A stretch of 32,000 bases of DNA, taken from assembly GCF_000039765.1 (NCBI RefSeq), contig NC_004460.2, positions 120,001 through 152,000 of the forward strand, in the 5' to 3' direction. The translations under genes and the position numbers were made by a program. The stretch's first letter is position 1. The number at the start of each line of letters is the position of its first letter. The notes under the pieces are model-generated. The model was not told the origin of the DNA and searched no databases. It saw only the letters and a list, made by a program, of their open reading frames with translations. The DNA is from Vibrio vulnificus CMCP6. GTDB taxonomy: Bacteria > Pseudomonadota > Gammaproteobacteria > Enterobacterales > Vibrionaceae. Positions 15,899-23,268 of the stretch are shown here, piece by piece.

Positions 15899-16339
15899 TT
15901 AAATGTCGTTTTTTCTCTATTCCATTTCTATGGAAATAGAAAAGATGCTTGAATTAAATGAGACTTGATATCACTTGTTGATTATGTGATTCTATTTATC
16001 TAATTGATTTAATTGCATTTTAGTTTTGTAGTTTAATTCTTAAATATTTCAAGTTCAAATGTGTGCCTTATGTCTCAAAAGTGAAATGCTATTATGTAAG
16101 TCATGTTGAATTTCTTGTCTGATAGTTGGAAAGTAATTGATAAATATAAAAATACAGATGTATTCACTCCGATAAAATATAATTTATTACGAGTTGTTTT
16201 GACTGAATCCTTCCTTTTTATGAGCTCATTACGATGGGGTGTTTTGACGGGAAATCTGGAAAAACTCCACTACAATTACGTAAAGTATAAAGCAACAACT
16301 CCAACATACAGAAGATTAATAGGAATAAGGGATAATCCT

Positions 16340-18544
16340 ATGATTATATTAAGAGCGATGTTGGCCTCTGTACTCAGTATTTTACTGATTGCTTGTGGAC
16401 CAGAAAGTGGTAACGATCAAAATACGCCGCCGCCCCAGCTTGGGAAAGACTTTACGGTCAGAGTGGCTACCCCTCAACTCGTGGTACCTGATGGGGCTAG
16501 TGAAACCAAGCTTGTGGTTGATTTTGAAGTGTTTGATGCATCAGGCCGCGCCTATGAATTCGATGCGACGAAAGATTTTCGTATCGCGGTGCTTAAAGCA
16601 ATGCCTCAAAGAAGCGGCGGTGGGCGAGATGGCAATACGTTTTGGAAGAGCTTCCACCATTCTAGTAATGACGCAACCAATCGAGCGAGCATGGAAAATG
16701 TTTGGACAGCGGGGGGAGAGTTGCTCAAAACAGATAGTGGCTACACTTATACCTTTGCGATTGCAGACATTCTGAATGTTGCCGACCCTTACCCCACTGA
16801 CTCAGCAGATAATGGTGGCATGATCGCGTGGGATGAAGACAAGTTGCATCGTATTGTGATGGCGTATGGTGACCAAGAGCTAGGATTTACCTATGTGTAC
16901 CAGTGGATTCCTGGAACACCATCCGATCAAACGGTTTCTCGCAATGTCATTGAAGAAGAGACTTGCTCTAACTGCCATATGGGTGAACCACTACATCATG
17001 GTCCTGGGTATCGTTCCATTGATAACAACATCGCGGTTTGTACGTCTTGCCACAATGACAGTAATCCCGGTGCCGCCCCACGTCGTCGACCACTGGCCGC
17101 CATCGTGCATCAGTATCACGGAAATGTGTATGCCCTCGGCTCAAGTTCAAGCGATCCGACAACCTACAAACAGCCAGTCGATAGCAATGGTGTTTTGGTT
17201 ACGGACATCAATGGATTGGTGATGGAAGGCAATCCATTTCCACAAGACGCGCGTAACTGCACGACTTGTCACTCGCAAGATGTGACAAAAGCGTCAGATG
17301 CGAACAACTGGTTTGAACATCCTAGCCAAGTGGCGTGTGAGTCTTGTCATTTGTACAGAGACAGAGGCGCACACGACAATGAAGTCGGTTTTACCTGGGA
17401 TAGAGAAACCTGCACAGGTTGCCATCGCCCTTATGAGCGAGATGAAAACGGTGACCCAATTATTGGTATGGATGCCAGCCGAAGCGCTCGCACTGTGCAT
17501 CTAGGCCGTTTGGATAACTTAGCGGCAGCACGGGATACGTTGCTTGTCAGTATTAAGCAGGCGCGCTTTGTGGATTCCATGTTTGAAGTTGATGTCATCA
17601 TTCAGAAAGATGGCGTTGGCATTAGCGCGCTTAGTGAAATCACGCCATTTATTAACGAGCATGGTCATGTCAACTTACTGCTCAATTGGGATAACGGTGA
17701 AGGCCCAATGCTGGCAAATAACGGTTTGGATCTCTCTACCTGTACCGCACAAGGCAATGGCTTGTTCACTTGCCAGAAAGACTTCACTGGCGCGACGCTT
17801 TTGCCAACTGCAACGTCGACGTTGACGGTGAATGTGGCCGATATGCCGCTGTGTGCCGACCGAACAACAGGTGAGTTGGCGGATTGCTCGACATTCACTG
17901 GCATTGATAATTTGAAATACCCTTATGTGATTGCTGCTAAGAACGCAAAAGGAACGTTTGATGTGGGCGGTATCACAACACCGCATACCTTACCTGTTGG
18001 TGCAGAGGTAACGTCTTGCAACAATTGTCACAAAGAGCTCACCATTCACAAATTGGGTGCTCATCCACACGCAGCAACGGATTTGCAGCAGTGTAAAAAT
18101 TGCCACAATTCAGAGCGCTCTGCGTACTACGCAGGCATGGCCGCGGATCTCAAATATCATGTTCATTCATTCCATGCCTTCGGCTCTGCGCATGTAGGTG
18201 AATCTGTCTTCCCTGGTGCGATTAACAACTGCGAAGCGTGCCATGGTTCAGGACAATACAACTTACCAAGCCAGAAAAATACACGACCTTCGCTGGCCAG
18301 TGGAAAATACTTCAGCCCCGCATTAGTAGCGTGTGGAGCGTGTCATATTGAATCGCCTTTGGCCAATGCCGATCCTGATACGATTCCTGGTGATGCCGTG
18401 CTCGATCATATGATCAAAAACGGGGCCGTGTTTGCCGCGGATACCGCTGTGGAAGCAACGGGTAAAGAACAGTGCGCAACGTGTCACGCCATTGGTCAGG
18501 AGCAAGGCGTAGATAAAGTCCATAAAGTGTACGAATACCGTTAA
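16340..18544 (+). CDS. mtrC: Outer-membrane decahaem c-type cytochrome lipoprotein, MtrC/OmcA family
   Basis: I trimmed the track ORF (from 16103) to ATG 16340 (Shine-Dalgarno AGGAATAAGGGA). The signal MIILRAMLASVLSILLIAC ends in a lipobox. Ten CXXCH motifs fall in two groups of five (CSNCH, CTSCH, CTTCH, CESCH, CTGCH / CNNCH, CKNCH, CEACH, CGACH, CATCH) separated by a ~190-aa Cys-pair-containing region. This matches the MtrC/OmcA four-domain layout. Confidence 0.8.
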   Translation: MIILRAMLASVLSILLIACGPESGNDQNTPPPQLGKDFTVRVATPQLVVPDGASETKLVVDFEVFDASGRAYEFDATKDFRIAVLKAMPQRSGGGRDGNTFWKSFHHSSNDATNRASMENVWTAGGELLKTDSGYTYTFAIADILNVADPYPTDSADNGGMIAWDEDKLHRIVMAYGDQELGFTYVYQWIPGTPSDQTVSRNVIEEETCSNCHMGEPLHHGPGYRSIDNNIAVCTSCHNDSNPGAAPRRRPLAAIVHQYHGNVYALGSSSSDPTTYKQPVDSNGVLVTDINGLVMEGNPFPQDARNCTTCHSQDVTKASDANNWFEHPSQVACESCHLYRDRGAHDNEVGFTWDRETCTGCHRPYERDENGDPIIGMDASRSARTVHLGRLDNLAAARDTLLVSIKQARFVDSMFEVDVIIQKDGVGISALSEITPFINEHGHVNLLLNWDNGEGPMLANNGLDLSTCTAQGNGLFTCQKDFTGATLLPTATSTLTVNVADMPLCADRTTGELADCSTFTGIDNLKYPYVIAAKNAKGTFDVGGITTPHTLPVGAEVTSCNNCHKELTIHKLGAHPHAATDLQQCKNCHNSERSAYYAGMAADLKYHVHSFHAFGSAHVGESVFPGAINNCEACHGSGQYNLPSQKNTRPSLASGKYFSPALVACGACHIESPLANADPDTIPGDAVLDHMIKNGAVFAADTAVEATGKEQCATCHAIGQEQGVDKVHKVYEYR

Positions 18545-18548
18545 CTGA

Positions 18549-18575
18549 GTGGTCCGGGAGAGCCTTCCGGACCAC
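18549..18575 (+). other. GC-rich intercistronic stem-loop between mtrC and mtrA
   Basis: Sequence is GTGGTCCGG-gagagcctt-CCGGACCAC, a perfect 9-bp stem beginning 5 nt after the mtrC stop. No T-run follows. The mtrA Shine-Dalgarno and ATG lie ~20 nt downstream. Confidence 0.5.
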
Positions 18576-18597
18576 GGTTGAGCAATAGGAAAATCTT

Positions 18598-19569
18598 ATG
18601 AAAACAACGATTCAGTGGTGGTTCGTGACGATAGTGATGGCGCTTGGTCTCTCTTCAAATTTGAGCGCCGAAGAGAGCTCTACGCAGCCTGTGGTCGATT
18701 CTCGTGAAGCGATTGAAGCAATATTGGATCAGAAGTTTAGTGACGGAAAGTATTCACGACGTGGCCCTGATGGCTGTTTACGCTGCCATGATGACGATTC
18801 AGAGTTACCCGCAACGGGAATTTTCGACAATATTCATGGTAAGTCGGCCAATATTCATGGGCCAATGAGCGACAAACAGTGTGAAGCGTGCCATGGCCCG
18901 GCAAACAATCATGAACGTAACCCTCGCAAAGGTGAAATGCGTGAACCCATGATTACCTTTGGCCCTATGTCTCCAGTGCCGTCAGAAAAGCAAAACAGTG
19001 TGTGCTTATCTTGTCATACCGACTCGAGTCGCTCAGCGTGGCACAGTAGCGAACATGCCTTTGAGGATCTCTCTTGTTCGAGTTGCCATAAATTGCATGA
19101 GAAAGACGACCCTATGATGGTGGCCGAAAAACAAGTGGAAACCTGTACTAACTGCCATGCAAAAACAAAGTCTGATCTGCATAAACGCAGTAGTCATCCG
19201 ATTCTCAACGGTTCGCTGGAGTGTTCGAGTTGTCATGATCCCCATCAAACCGTCAATGAGTACAGCTTGAAGCAAACCACCATTAATGAAACCTGTTTGG
19301 ATTGCCACTCAGAAAAACGTGGCCCATTCTTGTGGGAGCATGAACCCGTCACAGAAGACTGTTCTAACTGCCACAATCCACACGGGGCGGTCAATCAGGC
19401 GTTATTGATTAAACGGCTTCCGCAACTTTGTCAGGATTGCCATAGCGTGCCGCACGCTAATGTTGAGATACCGGAAAATGATCTCAAGGTGAGGGGAGGC
19501 AGTTGTTTGAACTGCCACAATCAAGTGCACGGAACCAATCATCCGCGCGGCATGTCATTAAGAAACTAG
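18598..19569 (+). CDS. mtrA: Periplasmic decahaem c-type cytochrome, MtrA/DmsE family
   Basis: 323 aa. Signal peptide VMALGLSSNLSA. Ten CXXCH motifs (CLRCH, CEACH, CLSCH, CSSCH, CTNCH, CSSCH, CLDCH, CSNCH, CQDCH, CLNCH). Size and haem density are typical of MtrA. Confidence 0.9.
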   Translation: MKTTIQWWFVTIVMALGLSSNLSAEESSTQPVVDSREAIEAILDQKFSDGKYSRRGPDGCLRCHDDDSELPATGIFDNIHGKSANIHGPMSDKQCEACHGPANNHERNPRKGEMREPMITFGPMSPVPSEKQNSVCLSCHTDSSRSAWHSSEHAFEDLSCSSCHKLHEKDDPMMVAEKQVETCTNCHAKTKSDLHKRSSHPILNGSLECSSCHDPHQTVNEYSLKQTTINETCLDCHSEKRGPFLWEHEPVTEDCSNCHNPHGAVNQALLIKRLPQLCQDCHSVPHANVEIPENDLKVRGGSCLNCHNQVHGTNHPRGMSLRN

Positions 19570-19579
19570 GGAGGGTGTC

Positions 19580-21562
19580 ATGAACGTATCACCTTTGTGG
19601 GCCGCCATTGTTGCCGCTCTCGCTATTCCCGCGCTCGCTGATGACTACGCCTTACAACAGGCGAGTGAGGCAGACACCAGTCGCTGGAGTTGTGAACCGT
19701 GTGAAAGTGACGGCAAGTGGATTGGGGAAATCAGTTTTGGGCTGGGATACCAAAACAACGACGGCGCATCTCGGTTTAATAACTGGGTCCCACCAATTTG
19801 GAGTTCCAATGATCCCGGAAAAGGCGTGGGTAGCAGCTTCAACACCGATCTATCGAGATACGACGAAGATGGGTTTTACAGCAAGCTGAAAATTGAAGAT
19901 CTAGGGTTAAAACGGTTTTTAATGCAACTCGATGTGGGCCAGTATGATGGCCTACGCTTCCAAGGGCGTTATCGAGAATCGCCATACTATTGGAATGGAG
20001 CATTACTCAGCACCTACAGTGGCGAAAACAACGTACAGACGGCGGGTGAGTTAGCCACTTTTGAGAAAGGTGTGAAAAGAGAAACACTGAATCTCTCGCT
20101 TGCGCTCACGCCACATTCTCCTTGGAAACCGCATGTCGCCGTTCAACATGAAAGAAAAAAAGGCACAGTGACGGCTTATACCTCCTCAATACCTGCCTAT
20201 GGCAATGTACCGGGATATCTTCCGAAGGTGGTGGACTATGAAACACTGAATACCGCTGCGGGGCTTAGCTACATTGAAGAGAAGTGGAATGCGGACATTT
20301 CTTATCAAGGCGCATTCTTTCGTCAGAAATACAGCGCCCTTTACTACGGTGAGCAAGCGAATCCGTATGCCAATCAACTGGCGTATGAGCCGGAAAACGA
20401 TTTTCATCAATTGTCACTTTCGGGAAATTACCAGCTAGAAGAGCAAAGTCTTAACGGACGCCTGCTTTTGTCACGTGCTACCTCAGAGGGGGGCATGAAT
20501 CCATTTCCTCAGTCTCCGGTCACAACGGATAGTTTCCACGGGCGAGTGGATACGGTTCAGATCGATGCGAACTATCACAATCGTTTGAGTCGTTCTACCT
20601 CGCTTAAGCTAGGGTTAGATTATCGTGATCGCGATGATCGCTCCGATCGCCAAGTGGTGATTGGTCAAACGCGTAAAGAATACGATAGGAATGTATTTAA
20701 GTTTGACGCGAAGTTGGGCCATCGTTATTCCCGCTCGTTACGCTTGAATGCGGGCTATGAGTATCGGGCAGACAAGCGCCAATACGCAGTGCGTGAAGAA
20801 ACCAATGAGCATACCTTCTATCTAGGTACCGTGTATCGCCCTGAAGCCGATTGGCGAATGGGCGGAAAACTCTCGTATCAAACACGTGATGGTTCCAAAT
20901 GGACGCAAACCTCTGCTGATGCCCCCCATCTACGTCAATTTTACCTCGCAGATCGTGAGCGTTTGGAACTGCGTGGCGATGCCAGTTACGATCTTGCCGA
21001 TAACGCACAATTTACCGCTATCGCGTGGTTGGCTGATGATCGGTATCCGCAACCTGATATCGGTCGCAGTGAAGGGCAGGATTACGGCTATGATCTCGGC
21101 GTCAGCTTTTATCTTGAAGATGACACCACGGGTCATCTCTTTTTCAATCAACAATTTATTCGCTTTGAACAGCAGCACGCCAACAGCGCAGCACCGGGTT
21201 GGAATCGCTACGAAACAGAGACAAAAGACAGTGTGACCACAGTGGGATTTGGTTTTAAACGGCAGAACTTGTTAGAGAAAAAACTCAGCTTGTCGTTGGA
21301 CTATAGCTACAACCATGGTCGTGGACAAACCAACACCATAGGAGCAGGCTACAGCTATCCAGATGTAGACTCGGTGACGCATCGCCTCGAATTTATAAGT
21401 GATTATCGCGTGGCGGAAAACCAAAGTGTGCTATTAAATCTGCGTTTTGAAGACTTCAATGAGGCGGATTATCTGTTCGATGCGGAAACGGCCAATATGG
21501 GGCGCGTTGAACAAGATTATAATGGCTTCTTCGCGATGCTTTCATGGGAGTTTCGTCACTAA
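19580..21562 (+). CDS. mtrB: MtrB/PioB-family outer-membrane beta-barrel sheath for MtrA/MtrC
   Basis: 660 aa. Shine-Dalgarno GGAGGG. Signal peptide AALAIPALA. N-terminal CXXC (SCEPCES) as in Shewanella MtrB. Alternating aromatic/polar beta-strand pattern rich in Y/R/D/N. It starts 10 bp after the mtrA stop. Confidence 0.85.
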   Translation: MNVSPLWAAIVAALAIPALADDYALQQASEADTSRWSCEPCESDGKWIGEISFGLGYQNNDGASRFNNWVPPIWSSNDPGKGVGSSFNTDLSRYDEDGFYSKLKIEDLGLKRFLMQLDVGQYDGLRFQGRYRESPYYWNGALLSTYSGENNVQTAGELATFEKGVKRETLNLSLALTPHSPWKPHVAVQHERKKGTVTAYTSSIPAYGNVPGYLPKVVDYETLNTAAGLSYIEEKWNADISYQGAFFRQKYSALYYGEQANPYANQLAYEPENDFHQLSLSGNYQLEEQSLNGRLLLSRATSEGGMNPFPQSPVTTDSFHGRVDTVQIDANYHNRLSRSTSLKLGLDYRDRDDRSDRQVVIGQTRKEYDRNVFKFDAKLGHRYSRSLRLNAGYEYRADKRQYAVREETNEHTFYLGTVYRPEADWRMGGKLSYQTRDGSKWTQTSADAPHLRQFYLADRERLELRGDASYDLADNAQFTAIAWLADDRYPQPDIGRSEGQDYGYDLGVSFYLEDDTTGHLFFNQQFIRFEQQHANSAAPGWNRYETETKDSVTTVGFGFKRQNLLEKKLSLSLDYSYNHGRGQTNTIGAGYSYPDVDSVTHRLEFISDYRVAENQSVLLNLRFEDFNEADYLFDAETANMGRVEQDYNGFFAMLSWEFRH

Positions 21563-21634
21563 GTTGTACGCGAGTGGCTTGTGGACTTTGTGCCTGGTCG
21601 AAGGAGGAGAGGTGCTAGAGCTTAAGGGAGTTGA

Positions 21635-21661
21635 GTGTCGGTGAGTCAAGATCACCGACAC
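21635..21661. other. Perfect 10-bp hairpin between the convergent mtrB and dbpA (possible terminator lacking a U-tract)
   Basis: Sequence is GTGTCGGTGA-gtcaaga-TCACCGACAC. There is no flanking T/A run on either strand. Confidence 0.4.
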
Positions 21662-21684
21662 TCGCTATGAACGGAAACGCGTTT

Positions 21685-23064
21685 TTAACCTTTCATAATT
21701 CGGGCTTTAAAGTTACGCCCTTTCATTTTGCCGTTTTGCAGTTGCTGTTCGGCGATTTTGGCCACAGAGTTATCGATAGCAACATAAGAGACCATAGGTA
21801 AGATATTGATTTTACCAATCAACTTACCATCAATTCCGGCTTCTTTGGTTAGGCTGCCTAAGATATCGCCAGCACGGACTTTTTGCTTTTTGCCACCCAA
21901 AATTTGAATCGTACGCATTGAAGGGTAGTAAGGTTTAGGGTTTTCCGGTTGAGGCAGTTTGGCCGGATGCACATCAATACCCATGTATTCTTCAATACGC
22001 TCTACTCGATACAGCTCTTTCTCACTGAAGAAGCTGATCGCAATCCCTTTCGCACCCGCGCGGCCAGTACGACCAATGCGGTGAACATGCACTTCAGGGT
22101 CACGAGAAAGCTCAAAGTTAATCACGGCGTCTAGGTTGTCCACGTCTAAACCACGAGCGGCAACATCGGTTGCGACCAAAATAGAAATGCTTTTGTTGGC
22201 AAACATGGTTAACGCGCGTTCACGTTCACGCTGTTCCATGTCACCGTGCAGTTCGATAACGCTGAAGCGACGATGGTTCAGCTCGTCGGTGACGTTTTGC
22301 ACTTCTTTCTTGGTATTACAAAAGACCACGGTAGATTCAGGTCTGTGCGTAAGCAGCAGAGCTTCCAAAGCGTTGTCACGTTCTTCTGTGTTCTCGAGCT
22401 GATAAAAGCGTTGTTCGATGGTGCTCTTTTGGTGTGTAGACTCGACTTTCACCATTTCCGGATTCTGCATCACTTTGCTTGCGATGGTTTCAATCTGCTC
22501 TGGGAAGGTCGCACTGAAAAGTAACGTCTGGCGTTGAGTCGGTGCGACGTCAATGATGGCATCAATCGCATCTTGGAAGCCCATTTCCAACATTCTGTCG
22601 GCTTCATCAAGCACTAACGTATTCAGTTCTGCAAGATCAATACGGCCTTTGCTTAAGTGATCGAGAATGCGCCCCGGTGTGCCAACTAAGATGTGTGCAC
22701 CATGTTCCAACGAAAGAATTTGTGGCCCCATAGGCATGCCACCACACAAAGTCAGCACTTTAATGTTGTGAATGCCACGAGCCAAAGTACGAATTTCCGT
22801 TGCGACTTGATCCGCCAATTCACGTGTAGGGCAAAGAACAAGCGATTGAACGCGAAAGCGCGAGACATTCAGGTTGCTCAGCAGACCCAAAGCGAAGGTG
22901 GCGGTTTTCCCTGACCCTGTTTTTCCTTGACCAATTACATCCTTTCCATCGAGCACCAATGGTAGGCTCTGAGCTTGAATTGGCGTCATCTCTGTATAGC
23001 CCAATGTATCAAGAGTCGATAGCAGTTCAGGCTTGAGAGAAAGAGTGTTAAATGGTGCAGTCAC
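21685..23064 (-). CDS. dbpA: ATP-dependent DEAD-box RNA helicase DbpA (23S rRNA hairpin-92 dependent family)
   Basis: 459 aa. Q-motif region; GQGKTGSGKT (motif I), PTRELA, TPGR, VLDEADRML (DEAD), SAT, HRIGRTGRAG. The C-terminal ~75-aa DbpA-type RNA-binding domain is present (QILGGKKQKVRAGDILG...). Confidence 0.9.
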   Translation of the reverse strand: MTAPFNTLSLKPELLSTLDTLGYTEMTPIQAQSLPLVLDGKDVIGQGKTGSGKTATFALGLLSNLNVSRFRVQSLVLCPTRELADQVATEIRTLARGIHNIKVLTLCGGMPMGPQILSLEHGAHILVGTPGRILDHLSKGRIDLAELNTLVLDEADRMLEMGFQDAIDAIIDVAPTQRQTLLFSATFPEQIETIASKVMQNPEMVKVESTHQKSTIEQRFYQLENTEERDNALEALLLTHRPESTVVFCNTKKEVQNVTDELNHRRFSVIELHGDMEQRERERALTMFANKSISILVATDVAARGLDVDNLDAVINFELSRDPEVHVHRIGRTGRAGAKGIAISFFSEKELYRVERIEEYMGIDVHPAKLPQPENPKPYYPSMRTIQILGGKKQKVRAGDILGSLTKEAGIDGKLIGKINILPMVSYVAIDNSVAKIAEQQLQNGKMKGRNFKARIMKG

Positions 23065-23268
23065 AGGCGCAATCCTTAAGTGGAAAATAGGTTGGGGCGG
23101 GTACTATACCGAGTTTAAAAAAAATGAACATAGAAAAGTCATTTTCGCCATCAATCTCTCACTCATCAGTTAATGTGTGATTGCTCATTAATTGTTGTGA
23201 GAATATTCCTACAAAAATATATCTTGTTGATATCGTTATAAAAAGTAAAATTTATCATCACTGTTTAA

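Noticed and set aside
16103-16339. 79-codon N-terminal extension of the MtrC homolog proposed by the ORF track (TTG/ATG start at 16103)
   Set aside because: The extension lies in the AT-rich intergenic region and encodes N/K/Y/L-rich sequence. It would bury the clear lipoprotein signal peptide (MIILRAMLASVLSILLIAC), which has its own Shine-Dalgarno at 16340.
21563-21684. Canonical intrinsic terminator between mtrB and dbpA
   Set aside because: The 10-bp hairpin (21635-21661) is perfect but has no U-tract on either strand. I kept it only as a low-confidence structural feature.
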